A stretch of 64,000 nt of DNA from Clostridia bacterium (GTDB lineage: Bacteria; Bacillota; Clostridia; Oscillospirales; Acutalibacteraceae), in contig JAFTSH010000001.1 of the NCBI GenBank assembly GCA_017467405.1, forward strand, positions 229,542-293,541, written 5' to 3'. Below the pieces are notes generated by a model. The model searched no databases. It was not told the origin of the DNA and worked only from the letters and a program-made list of their open reading frames with translations. The translations under genes and the position numbers were made by a program. Shown one piece after another: positions 16,989 to 25,635 of the stretch (the stretch's first letter is position 1; every line of letters starts with the position of its first letter).

Positions 16989-18689
16989 TTATTTCTTCCT
17001 TCCCCAACTGTCTTTGAGTGATACCGAACGGTTGAAGATCGGATATCCGGGGGTGGAATCTCTGTCGGTGCAGAAATAGCCCTGACGCATGAACTGGAAT
17101 TTTTCGAGCGGCTTGCTTGAAGCAAAAGCGGTATCCACCTTGGCGCCCTTGAGCACGGTCAGTGACTCGGGATTGATGTGATCCGTGAAGTCGGGAGCGG
17201 CGTTCTCGCTGCCGTCGGAGGACTCGGTCTGCTCCGAAACGGGTCTGAAGAGATTATCGTACATACGAAGTTCGGCGTCGACCGAGCTGCAGGCGGCTGC
17301 CCAGTGTATCGTGCCCTTGACCTTGCGTCCGTCGGGGGAGTTGCCTCCGCGGGATTCGGGATCGTAGGTTACGTGTACGCGGACGACGTTTCCGTTTTCG
17401 TCGGTTTCGTGCGAAACGTATTTCACAAAATACGCACCCTTAAGGCGTACTTCAATTCCGGGAGCAAGCCTGAAATATCCCTTCGGCGGCTCAAGGCAGA
17501 AGTCGTCCTCCTCGATGTAGATGGTCTTTCCGAAGGTGACCTCGCAGGAGCCCTGCTCGGGACGGTTGGGGTTGAGCTCGAGGCTCAGCTTTTCGGTGGT
17601 ATCCTCGGGATAGTTGTCGACCACGACCTCAAGGGGCTTCGTAACCACCATGATACGGGGAGCGTCAAGGTTGAGCTCCTCGCGCAGGCAATGCTCAAGC
17701 ATTGCGGGGTCGATCTCGGAATCGGTCTTGGCAACGCCGACCCTTGAGAGGAAATCACGGATCGCACCGGGGGTGTAGCCGCGGCGGCGCATACCGCAGA
17801 GGGTGGGCATTCTGGGATCGTCCCAGCCCGAAACGTAGCCCTCCTCGACGAGGCGGCGCAAAAATCTCTTGCTGAGTATCGTGCCTGCGATGTTAAGGGG
17901 TGCAAACTCGATCTGACGGGGCTTGTGCTCAAACTCGCACTGATCTACCACCCAGTTGTAAAGGGGTCTGTGAGCCTCGTATTCGATGGTGCACAGAGAA
18001 TGGGTGATTCCCTCGATCGCATCCTGAATGGGATGTGCAAAGTCGTACATGGGGTAGATGCACCAGCTGTCGCCGGTGTGATGGTGGCTCATATGAATGA
18101 TCCTGTAAAGGGTCGGGTCGCGCATATTGAGGTTGGGGGAGGCCATATCGATCTTGGCGCGCAGCGTGCGGCTGCCGTCCTCGAACTCGCCCTTTCTCAT
18201 GCGCTCAAAGAGGTCGAGGTTTTCCTCAACGCTTCTGTTGCGGTAGGGGCTTTCCTTGCCCGGCTCGGTGAGGGTGCCGCGGAATTCGCGCATCTCGTCC
18301 TTTGAAAGATCGCAGACGTAGGCAACGCCCTTCCTGATGAGTTTTACCGCAAGCTCGTAGCAGGTATCGAAATAGTCGGAGCCGTAGGCAAGCTTGTCGT
18401 AGTCAAAGCCCAGCCAGTGAATGTCCTCGCGGATGGCGTCGACGAATTCGGCGTCCTCCTTGGTGGGGTTGGTGTCGTCAAAACGGAGGTTGCACTTGCC
18501 GCCGAACTGCTCCGCCATTCCGAAATCGATGCACAGAGCCTTGGCGTGTCCGATGTGCAGATAGCCGTTGGGCTCGGGCGGAAAGCGGGTCTGGATGCGG
18601 TCGCAGACGCCGTTTTCGATGTCTTCTTTTACGAAGCGCTCTATAAAGTTTACCGACTCCTTGGGAGCGGTGTTGATTTCATTGCTCAT
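16989..18689 (-). CDS. glnS: Glutamine--tRNA ligase
   Basis: RFPPEPNGYLHIGHAKA (HIGH) and ILSKR (KMSKS-like). The GlnRS-type C-terminal beta-barrel region is present. ATG at 18689 (MSNEINT). Confidence 0.93.
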   Translation of the reverse strand: MSNEINTAPKESVNFIERFVKEDIENGVCDRIQTRFPPEPNGYLHIGHAKALCIDFGMAEQFGGKCNLRFDDTNPTKEDAEFVDAIREDIHWLGFDYDKLAYGSDYFDTCYELAVKLIRKGVAYVCDLSKDEMREFRGTLTEPGKESPYRNRSVEENLDLFERMRKGEFEDGSRTLRAKIDMASPNLNMRDPTLYRIIHMSHHHTGDSWCIYPMYDFAHPIQDAIEGITHSLCTIEYEAHRPLYNWVVDQCEFEHKPRQIEFAPLNIAGTILSKRFLRRLVEEGYVSGWDDPRMPTLCGMRRRGYTPGAIRDFLSRVGVAKTDSEIDPAMLEHCLREELNLDAPRIMVVTKPLEVVVDNYPEDTTEKLSLELNPNRPEQGSCEVTFGKTIYIEEDDFCLEPPKGYFRLAPGIEVRLKGAYFVKYVSHETDENGNVVRVHVTYDPESRGGNSPDGRKVKGTIHWAAACSSVDAELRMYDNLFRPVSEQTESSDGSENAAPDFTDHINPESLTVLKGAKVDTAFASSKPLEKFQFMRQGYFCTDRDSTPGYPIFNRSVSLKDSWGRKK

Positions 18690-18693
18690 TGAT

Positions 18694-20172
18694 TCAGCCC
18701 TCCAGCTTGGCAAGTCCTGTTTTGAGTCTGCGCAGCGTTTCTTCACGTCCGAGCAGCTCGAATATCTCGATGGCTCCTCCGGGGGTTACGGCGGTGCCCG
18801 AAGCGGCAATTCTCGCCGGCCACATAACGGTGCCGTTCTTCACCTCAAGCCTTTCGGCGAGGGATATGAGGCAATCGTGGATCGCGTCGTGATCCCACGA
18901 GCCGAGCTGTTCCATGGCCTCGATTACGGCGCGCAGCATAACGGGGGAGTTTTCGAGTGTGGTTTTACTCTTCTTGTTGACGAAAAGATCGGTGTCGTAG
19001 TCGGGAAGCTCGGCAAGGAAGCCGATCATCGACGGGATCTGCGAAAGCACCGTGACGCGCTGCTGTAATATCGAGGTCAGCAGTGCGCGGTCGGGGCCCT
19101 GCTCACCGAACACCTCGTCGTAGAAGGGTGCCGCTACCGCGGTGAATTCCTCGGGCGACATGGCGCGCAGATATTCGCCGTTCATCCAGCTCAGCTTGTC
19201 GTAGTCAAAGACCGAGGGTGACTTGCTGATTCCGTCGGTGTCAAAATTCTCTGCAAGCTCGCTGAGGCTGAATATCTCGCGGTTGTCGCGAGGAGCCCAG
19301 CCGAGCAGTGCGATGTAGTTGATTATCGCCTCGGGCAGATATCCTGCGGCGATCAGATCCTCAAAGCCGGTCGAGCCGTGGCGCTTTGAAAGCTTGCTGA
19401 CGCTTCCGTCCTCGTTTTTGCCCATAACCAGGGGGAGATGGATGTATTTCGGTATCTCCCAGCCGAAGGCGTCGTAGAGAAGATTGTATTTCGGGGTGGA
19501 GGCGAGATATTCGCTTCCGCGGATAACGTGGGTTACACCCATCGTATGATCGTCCACGACGTTGGCGAAGTTGTAGGTGGGATAGCCGTCCGACTTGATT
19601 AGTATCTGGTCGGCAAGCTCGCTGTTTTCTACCGTGATGTCGCCGTATACGAGGTCGCTGAAGGTGGTGCTTCCCTCGGTGGGCATCTTCTGTCTGATAA
19701 CGTAGGGGGTTCCGGCATCAAGCAGACGCTGTATCTCCTCCTCGGGAAGATCGCGGCAGTGACGGTCGTAGCCGCCGCCGACGATGCTCTCCGAGACCTC
19801 AGCCAGCCTTTCCTTGGTGCAGAAGCAACGGTACGCCTTGCCCTCTCTTACCAGCTGTTCGGCGTAGGGACGGTACATATCGAGTCTTTCGCTCTGGACG
19901 TAGGGGCCGTATTCGCCGCCGACGTCGGGGCCCTCGTCGTGTACGAGACCTGCCGTTTTAAGGGTTTTGTAGATTACCTCTACAGAGCCCTCGACGATTC
20001 TTTCCTGATCGGTGTCCTCTATTCTCAGCACGAAGGTACCGCCGCCGCTCTTTGCGACGAGGTATTCGTATATCGCGGTACGGAGATTTCCCACGTGCAT
20101 AAAGCCGGTGGGGCTGGGAGCAAATCTCGTTACGGGAGCTCCCTCGGGTCTTTTGTATGCCAATTTATTCAT
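18694..20172 (-). CDS. gltX: Glutamate--tRNA ligase
   Basis: RFAPSPTGFMHVGNLRTA (HIGH-like) and KLSKRHG (KMSKS); 492 aa. Confidence 0.95.
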   Translation of the reverse strand: MNKLAYKRPEGAPVTRFAPSPTGFMHVGNLRTAIYEYLVAKSGGGTFVLRIEDTDQERIVEGSVEVIYKTLKTAGLVHDEGPDVGGEYGPYVQSERLDMYRPYAEQLVREGKAYRCFCTKERLAEVSESIVGGGYDRHCRDLPEEEIQRLLDAGTPYVIRQKMPTEGSTTFSDLVYGDITVENSELADQILIKSDGYPTYNFANVVDDHTMGVTHVIRGSEYLASTPKYNLLYDAFGWEIPKYIHLPLVMGKNEDGSVSKLSKRHGSTGFEDLIAAGYLPEAIINYIALLGWAPRDNREIFSLSELAENFDTDGISKSPSVFDYDKLSWMNGEYLRAMSPEEFTAVAAPFYDEVFGEQGPDRALLTSILQQRVTVLSQIPSMIGFLAELPDYDTDLFVNKKSKTTLENSPVMLRAVIEAMEQLGSWDHDAIHDCLISLAERLEVKNGTVMWPARIAASGTAVTPGGAIEIFELLGREETLRRLKTGLAKLEG

Positions 20173-20912
20173 TCCTTTCCGAAGAACCAGGTGCCGATGT
20201 TGCGGTTGCCCTCGTTGAGGGGCAGGGCGTCAAAAACGGCCTTTGCTTCGCTGTTGTCGTAGTCTACGTGACGGGCAGAAATGACGCCGTCCTGAATTAT
20301 GAAATAATCTCCGCCGGTGGTTACGGGGCCGTCCTTGAGCACTCTGTAAAAGAGGCTTCCGGGATTGATGAACGCACGCTTTCCGTCAACGGCGGCGTAG
20401 GTGAGCTGGTGGGTGTGTCCGTTGACGATGTATCGCTTGCCGTCGTATTTTGCGTCATCGGCGAGCTCACTCCACATACGGTCAAAGAGCTCGGAGGCGT
20501 TGTGTTCGATGAAGGCCTTCTTTGCGATGTGCATATTCCTTTCGTCGTAAACGTGGAAGAAGCAGTAGAGTCCTCCGTCGATCTCAAGCATCAGCTTGTC
20601 GGGAAGTGAGTTGAGATATTCAATATCTTCGGCGGTCACCTTCGAGAGGTTGTAGTCGCCGAGGGTGGTTGCGGTCATGGGATCCTCAAGAGGAGCCTTC
20701 TTTGCGGCGCGTGCGGGAAGCTCACGGTCGTGGTTTCCTGCAACGGCGATGACCTTGTGCTTTTTGCACCACTCGATTACTTCGTGGGGATTCATACCGA
20801 AATCGACCATATCGCCGAGGCAGATGATCTGATCCCAGGTTTTTTCTGCTTGTTCAAGAGCTTCGAGCGCCTTGATGCAGCTGTGCATATCCGAAATAAG
20901 TAAAGTTTTCAT
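20169..20912 (-). CDS. Metallophosphoesterase family protein
   Basis: ISDMH, GDMVD, GNHD and GHTH motifs. The ATG at 20912 has a GGAGG RBS, and there is an ATGA overlap with the gltX start. Confidence 0.85.
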   Translation of the reverse strand: MKTLLISDMHSCIKALEALEQAEKTWDQIICLGDMVDFGMNPHEVIEWCKKHKVIAVAGNHDRELPARAAKKAPLEDPMTATTLGDYNLSKVTAEDIEYLNSLPDKLMLEIDGGLYCFFHVYDERNMHIAKKAFIEHNASELFDRMWSELADDAKYDGKRYIVNGHTHQLTYAAVDGKRAFINPGSLFYRVLKDGPVTTGGDYFIIQDGVISARHVDYDNSEAKAVFDALPLNEGNRNIGTWFFGKE

Positions 20913-21107
20913 AGCGGTTACCTCCGAAAAAGGGATTATACGAGGATATATTTCGTTTATTATACTACAACACATTTAAATGCACAATATTTTTTTGCAG
21001 TTTAATTAAATTTCTCTGCCAAAACGTGGTATCTTTTTTATTCGGCAGAATAACAGATCGTTCGACAAGATGATGTGGAGTTTTTTCACCTTTTTTACCG
21101 AAAAATA

Positions 21108-21136
21108 TTGACTTATCTGTTTTCAATGGTTATAAT
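21108..21136 (+). promoter_or_regulatory. Promoter candidate for the XRE regulator
   Basis: TTGACT (21108-21113), 17-nt spacer, TATAAT (21131-21136). Confidence 0.55.
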
Positions 21137-21164
21137 CAAGAAAAAAAGATGTGGAGGTCATAAA

Positions 21165-21530
21165 ATGCAGGAATCAGTCGCAACGGCAACCCGTATAAAA
21201 GCGCTCAGAAAGACGGCGGGGTTATCCCAGAATCAGGTCGCAGACGCTCTGGGAATTGATCGCTCCGCATACACATATTTCGAGAACGGTGATACCGACA
21301 TCAAGCTTGAAAGACTTCTGCGTATCGCAAAGATATTCAACGTCGGAGTCGATCAGCTGCTTTCTCCTGAGTGCCTTACTCCCGCTTTGGGCGCAAGATC
21401 GGAAGAGGAAACGAAGATGTACGCCGCAGGCAAGGACGAGAAGAGCCTGCTTGCCATGTTCCGACAGCTTTCTCCCGAGGCCAAGGAAGAGCTTCTTGCG
21501 CTCGGCAGAGAAAAGTGCAAGGATATGTAA
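21165..21530 (+). CDS. XRE-family helix-turn-helix transcriptional regulator
   Basis: IKALRKTAGLSQNQVADALGIDRSAYTYFENG is a classic HTH_3 segment. ATG at 21165 follows a GGAGG RBS. Confidence 0.85.
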   Translation: MQESVATATRIKALRKTAGLSQNQVADALGIDRSAYTYFENGDTDIKLERLLRIAKIFNVGVDQLLSPECLTPALGARSEEETKMYAAGKDEKSLLAMFRQLSPEAKEELLALGREKCKDM

Positions 21531-21549
21531 CTTGAAAATAACCATTGTC

Positions 21550-21577
21550 GGCTCCGCGTTTTGCGGAGTCTTTTTTT
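21550..21577 (+). terminator. Intrinsic terminator after the XRE gene
   Basis: Stem CTCCGC/GCGGAG with loop GTTTT, followed by TTTTTTT. Confidence 0.65.
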
Positions 21578-21640
21578 GTGAAAAGATCGCACGGTTTTGC
21601 TGATGGCACTGATGCCGGAGGATTTTTGAACCTCTTGCAA

Positions 21641-21670
21641 AAAAGAAAAACCCCGAACGACCGTTCGGGG
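21641..21670 (-). terminator. Intrinsic terminator after tRNA-Lys
   Basis: An 8-bp stem CCCCGAAC/GTTCGGGG. On the minus strand it is followed by TTTTTCTTTT. Confidence 0.7.
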
Positions 21671-21673
21671 TTT

Positions 21674-21749
21674 TGGTGACCCATCGGCGATTCGAACGCC
21701 GGACACCTTGATTAAAAGTCAAGTGCTCTGCCAACTGAGCTAATGGGTC
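21674..21749 (-). tRNA. tRNA-Lys (anticodon UUU), CCA encoded
   Basis: Minus-strand sequence GACCCAT TA GCTC AGTTGGCA GAGC A CTTGA CTTTTAA TCAAG GTGTC CGGCG TTCGAAT CGCCG ATGGGTC ACCA folds as a cloverleaf by eye. The anticodon loop is CT-TTT-AA. Confidence 0.9.
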
Positions 21750-21805
21750 ATTGCTCAAAACGCCATATCATTATATCAACACAGTGGGCAGATGTCAAGA
21801 GAAGA

Positions 21806-22333
21806 TCAAAGGATTTTTTTCGCAATAAGCACCGTCAAGGCCAAAATTACTATCAAAAGCAGGCTGAAAAGCAAAAATCCTTTCAGACTGATGCTGTTTC
21901 CCTCGTCGGGAGGGGGAGGCGGAAGGGCTTCTTCCTCGTCCTCGGGATCGTCGAATGAGGCCGAATCTATATCCCCCTCGAAGCCGTCGAGTATCGCGGC
22001 GTCGGAGGTGTAGAAGCTTTCGGCGTCAATCTCGGTTTCATCCTCGTCGAGGGAGTCCTCAACCCATTCGGTTTCGATTTCGGACTCATCGATCTCCCCG
22101 TCCTCCTCGCGGAGCAGGCTCAGAGCAAAGGGAAGCTGGCTGTCGGGGACGTAGATCTCATATCCCGTGCCGGACGAGGCAGAGAGTATCTCGGTGAAAT
22201 CGTCCGAGGTGTCTGCCTTTTTTGAGCAGGGAATGTCGTATCTCTCGAGCAGCTCAACGATACGGTCTGCCTCCTCAAGGTCGGGGACGCCTACCAGCAG
22301 TACCGGTCGGTTGGTGTTGTAGTCTTTAGCCAT
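21806..22333 (-). CDS. Hypothetical acidic tail-anchored protein (small N-terminal DUF2007-like domain)
   Basis: N-terminal domain VLLVGVPDLEEADRIVELLERYDIPC, a long D/E-rich region, PPPPP and a single C-terminal TM FLLFSLLLIVILALTVLIA. Confidence 0.55.
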   Translation of the reverse strand: MAKDYNTNRPVLLVGVPDLEEADRIVELLERYDIPCSKKADTSDDFTEILSASSGTGYEIYVPDSQLPFALSLLREEDGEIDESEIETEWVEDSLDEDETEIDAESFYTSDAAILDGFEGDIDSASFDDPEDEEEALPPPPPDEGNSISLKGFLLFSLLLIVILALTVLIAKKIL

Positions 22334-22366
22334 TTTATGTTCTCCTTTCGGATGGGGATTTGAGGT

Positions 22367-22957
22367 TCATATAACCGAAAGCCCGGCGGGTGTGCCCGAG
22401 AGAAGGGCAACGCTGCCGCCCAGCAGATCTGCTTCATCGCGGTCGTGTGTGACGAATATGACGGGAACCGTTTGTGCCTTTTCGGCGATCAAACCCGCGC
22501 ACACTTCCTTAAGCTCGGCGTCGAGTCCCTTGAAGGCCTCGTCGAGCAGAAATATCTCTCCGTCGAAAAGCAGTGCGCGTGCGATGGAAACCCGTTGCTT
22601 CATACCTCCCGAAAGCTCGCTCGGAAACTTTCGGCAGTCACCGTCGGAAAATCCGAGACGGTTCAGCATCCCGCAGGCTTCGACGTCGGTTACCCCGGAG
22701 GCACAGACGATGTTTTCGGCGGCGGTGAGAGAGGGTATCAGCCGCGGCTCCTGAAAAACGTAGGATATTTTAGAAAAGGTCGGCAGAAAAACCGCTGAGT
22801 CGGGTTCTTCAAGCCGCGAGAGTATGCGAAGCAGGGTGGTCTTTCCGCAGCCTGATGGGCCCATCAGGGACGTTACCCCCGAGTCGGGCAGCTCGAACGA
22901 CAGGTCGTCGAATATTACGCGGTCACCGTAGCTTTTGCAGAGTCCTTCGATCCTCAC
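22367..22957 (-). CDS. ABC transporter ATP-binding protein (NitT/TauT-like, compact)
   Basis: Walker A GPSGCGKTT, Q-loop FQEP, signature LSGGMKQR, Walker B FLLDEAF and H-loop VTHD. A GTG start at 22957 follows a GGAGGG RBS and forms a GTGA overlap with the permease stop. Confidence 0.85.
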   Translation of the reverse strand: MRIEGLCKSYGDRVIFDDLSFELPDSGVTSLMGPSGCGKTTLLRILSRLEEPDSAVFLPTFSKISYVFQEPRLIPSLTAAENIVCASGVTDVEACGMLNRLGFSDGDCRKFPSELSGGMKQRVSIARALLFDGEIFLLDEAFKGLDAELKEVCAGLIAEKAQTVPVIFVTHDRDEADLLGGSVALLSGTPAGLSVI

Positions 22958-23736
22958 AGTTTTGCCCTCCTTTTTCTGATAACGGCGTCGAAAAGGGTTA
23001 CGAACAGCTTTTCGAGTACCACCGAGAGCAGTATTATGACGACAGTCCACGCAAATATGTCGACCGTTTCGATAAGTATTTTGGCGTTTTGCAGCTCGTT
23101 GCCGATTCGTCCCTTGGTGCGGACGAGTGCCTCGGCGGCAATTCCTGCCTTCCAGGCAAGTCCGAGAGCGGTTCGGCAGCCCGACAGAAAGTAGGGTATT
23201 ACGGCGGGCAGCTCTATCTTCAAAAGGCGTTTCATTGCCGGGAAACGGTAAATCTTCGCCATTTCAAGCAGATCTTTGTCGGTGTTAAGAAAGCCCTCGC
23301 GGAGGTTGCCCCAAACGATCGGTACCACCATCAGAAAGGAGATGAAGGCGGGGATGAGGTCGTTGGACATCCAGAAATAGGCCAGCAGAATAAAGGAGGC
23401 CACGGGGGTTGCGCGTATTACGTAGAGCAGGGGAGCAAAAACCGTTTCGGCGGTTTTCAGCTTGTAGGTAGCAAGCGAGCTGAGGGAGCCGAAAAGGATG
23501 CCTGCCAGATAACCGATCAGTATGTTCAGAAGCGAGGCGCCGCAGATAAGCCAGAACTCGCCCTCACCCGCGAGGGAAAGGATGCGCAGAGCGGTGTCGG
23601 CAGGGGATGCGATTATTACGTCCTTGTCAACGATAATATAAACAAGCTCCCACACGCCGACCCAAAACAGGCCGGCGAGCAGAAGCTTCAGCGTTTGTCT
23701 GACTATTGGTTTATTTGACGTAGTAGAATGCGTCAT
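22954..23736 (-). CDS. ABC transporter permease (NitT/TauT-like)
   Basis: 260 aa with about 6 TM segments and a BPD_transp_1-like EAA loop region (ALGLAWKAGIAAE). Confidence 0.85.
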   Translation of the reverse strand: MTHSTTSNKPIVRQTLKLLLAGLFWVGVWELVYIIVDKDVIIASPADTALRILSLAGEGEFWLICGASLLNILIGYLAGILFGSLSSLATYKLKTAETVFAPLLYVIRATPVASFILLAYFWMSNDLIPAFISFLMVVPIVWGNLREGFLNTDKDLLEMAKIYRFPAMKRLLKIELPAVIPYFLSGCRTALGLAWKAGIAAEALVRTKGRIGNELQNAKILIETVDIFAWTVVIILLSVVLEKLFVTLFDAVIRKRRAKL

Positions 23737-24757
23737 CGGGCAGTTTTCCTCCGACCGAATTGGGATTGGCGTCGTACAGAACCTTAAGGAAGGCAGAGAG
23801 CTTTACCTTCATATCGCTTCCGGTGATGCAGCACATATTGCTGTTGGGGATGGCCTTCTGTGCGATGGGAGCGGCGGGGACGATCTCGTAGCCTGCGATT
23901 ATCGTCGCGGCGGCGGCAGGATCGGAGTTGACGTAATCAACGCTTGCCTTGTACTCCTCAAGGAATTTTACCACAGCTTCGGGGTGTTCGTCAAGGAAAG
24001 ATTTACGCACGACGAGGCAGCCCATGGTGAGAATGCTCTGATCTCCGTTCTTTTCGGTTGCTTTCTCCCACTCCTCGGTGAGGTTGAGGGCAATTCGCAT
24101 ATCGCTGTTCTTGCTGAGAACGGTTGAAACGTTGGGCTCGGGAAGCATGCCGATAACGACGTTGCCGGCGATCATTGCGGTGGCAAGCTCGGCGTGCTCA
24201 CCCATGTACTCTATCTCAACGTCCTTTTCGGGATCGATTCCGTTGGCCGAAAGGATGTAGTTGAGTACGAACTGGGGAACGGCGCCTTCACCGGTGGCGC
24301 AGATCTTTTTGCCCTTGAGATCGGATACCGACTTTATCGTTTCGCCCTTCTCGAGCATATAGAGAACGCCCATGGTGTTGAGTGCGATTACCCTGACGTT
24401 ACCGTTTGTTTTGCTGTAAAGGGTGGAAGCGAGGTTGGTGGGGACGGCGGCGACGTCGACCTCGCCCTTGATGACGGCTGCGGAAACCTCGGTGGGATCG
24501 GAGGAGAGCTTGAAGGTGTAGTTGTTGGCGGCGGCTCCGGCATCCGAATCATACCACAGCTTGGAGATACCCATACCCGTGGGTCCCTTGAGGGACATTA
24601 CGGTCATATCGACCGGCTGATATTCTTCCTTGCTCGAAACGGCGGCGCTCTGCGAGGACGAAACGGCGGTCTCGCCGGTCGAGCAGGCGCAGGTAAGAAG
24701 GGTGAGCACGAGGCAGAGGACTAACGGCAGTACTCTTGAAAACAGTTTTCTTTTCAT
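23711..24757 (-). CDS. ABC transporter substrate-binding lipoprotein (NMT1/THI5-like)
   Basis: Signal peptide plus lipobox LLTCAC, a Ser-rich linker and a periplasmic-binding fold pattern. It lies upstream of the cognate permease and ATPase genes. Confidence 0.8.
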   Translation of the reverse strand: MKRKLFSRVLPLVLCLVLTLLTCACSTGETAVSSSQSAAVSSKEEYQPVDMTVMSLKGPTGMGISKLWYDSDAGAAANNYTFKLSSDPTEVSAAVIKGEVDVAAVPTNLASTLYSKTNGNVRVIALNTMGVLYMLEKGETIKSVSDLKGKKICATGEGAVPQFVLNYILSANGIDPEKDVEIEYMGEHAELATAMIAGNVVIGMLPEPNVSTVLSKNSDMRIALNLTEEWEKATEKNGDQSILTMGCLVVRKSFLDEHPEAVVKFLEEYKASVDYVNSDPAAAATIIAGYEIVPAAPIAQKAIPNSNMCCITGSDMKVKLSAFLKVLYDANPNSVGGKLPDDAFYYVK

Positions 24758-24776
24758 AATTATTACTCCTTTTCTA

Positions 24777-25433
24777 TTACAGGGTCTCGCCCATGTATTC
24801 CTTAAGTTTTGACGGATCGGTAAGTGTAATGAGCTTTCCGTCCTTTTTTATTGCTCCGTCCTCCTCGAAAACGCTCATCACCCGATAGAGAGAGGCGCGC
24901 GAGATGTTGAGGAGAGAGGCGAGTTTTACCGACGGGACGTGCAGCGTGACCAGTCCGTTTTCGTCCGCCTCGGTCAGCAGAAACCTCGCAAGCGTACCCT
25001 CCGCGCTTCCGGAGGTGAACATCATCACCTTGCGGTTGAGAAACCGTATCTTCTCCGAAAGGAAGGAGATGTATCCCACTGCGGCGTCGGGATCGCTTTT
25101 GATAAGCGAGATCACGTAGCCTTCGGGGAAGAAGGCGGCGCGGCAGTCGCCCTTGGCGGTTATCACAGAGCCGTAGTCGGTCTCACCGAAAAGTGCGGCA
25201 ACTCCGAAAACGTCCCCCGGCTTAAAGCTGTTCAGCAACGCGCCCGTGAATGCGCTCTTTGCGGTAGCTCTGCCCTGAAGTATCACGACGAGACATTTTT
25301 CAAAGCTTTCGGGAGAGTAGATCACCTCTCCGCTGCGAAAGCTCCTTATCTGCCAGCCGGAGTTTTCGGGTATTCCCGAGGGGAAGAGAAAGAGCGATTC
25401 GAGAATTCGGCGGTCATCGGAATTCATTATCAT
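24777..25433 (-). CDS. Crp/Fnr family transcriptional regulator
   Basis: An N-terminal cNMP-binding beta-roll (GEVIY...GDVFG) and a C-terminal HTH (SVKLASLLNISRASLYRVMSVFEEDG). Confidence 0.88.
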   Translation of the reverse strand: MIMNSDDRRILESLFLFPSGIPENSGWQIRSFRSGEVIYSPESFEKCLVVILQGRATAKSAFTGALLNSFKPGDVFGVAALFGETDYGSVITAKGDCRAAFFPEGYVISLIKSDPDAAVGYISFLSEKIRFLNRKVMMFTSGSAEGTLARFLLTEADENGLVTLHVPSVKLASLLNISRASLYRVMSVFEEDGAIKKDGKLITLTDPSKLKEYMGETL

Positions 25434-25447
25434 ATCAACCTCAAAAC

Positions 25448-25463
25448 TGTCTTATTTAAGACA
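25448..25463. promoter_or_regulatory. Perfect palindrome TGTCT-N6-AGACA (CRP-family-type 5-6-5 architecture)
   Basis: TGTCTTATTTAAGACA lies between the predicted -10 and the RBS of the Crp-family gene. Confidence 0.4.
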
Positions 25464-25468
25464 TTTTT

Positions 25469-25496
25469 ATTATATACACGCCCTCTCTTTTGTCAA
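25469..25496 (-). promoter_or_regulatory. Promoter candidate for the Crp-family regulator/ABC operon
   Basis: On the minus strand: TTGACA (rc of 25491-25496), 16-nt spacer, TATAAT (rc of 25469-25474). Confidence 0.5.
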
Positions 25497-25596
25497 TAGT
25501 TTTTGGTACAAAAATCAAAAAAATTTATATGCGAAAAAAATAAGGGAAAAAAGCCCGTCTGTTCACAATTTGTTAACATTGTTTCCGTCGGTTCCG

Positions 25597-25605
25597 TGCT
25601 ACAAT
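25597..25605 (+). promoter_or_regulatory. Extended -10 promoter candidate for the FGE-like/GH-like gene
   Basis: TGCTACAAT (TGn + TACAAT). No good -35 is present. Confidence 0.3.
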
Positions 25606-25635
25606 GCCCACAGTCCGATGAAAGGGGCGAACAGA

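Noticed and set aside
21165-21749. A possible integrated mobile element at the solitary tRNA-Lys, suggested by the XRE regulator next to the tRNA 3' end.
   Set aside because: No integrase, recombinase or phage gene is present, and no duplicated copy of the tRNA 3' end (att-like direct repeat) was noticed nearby. The flanking genes are housekeeping.
21222-21758. A 178-aa minus-strand ORF spanning the XRE gene, two terminators and the tRNA.
   Set aside because: It runs through a cloverleaf-forming tRNA-Lys and two hairpin terminators and is antisense to the XRE regulator gene. It is not plausible as a gene.
25561-25577. The imperfect inverted repeat GTTCACA-ATT-TGTTAAC, about 43 nt upstream of the predicted start of the FGE-like gene, as a second Crp-family site.
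   Set aside because: It has one mismatch and 7-3-7 spacing, and its half-sites do not match the TGTCT-N6-AGACA palindrome next to the regulator gene. The promoter itself is weakly defined, so the evidence is too thin.
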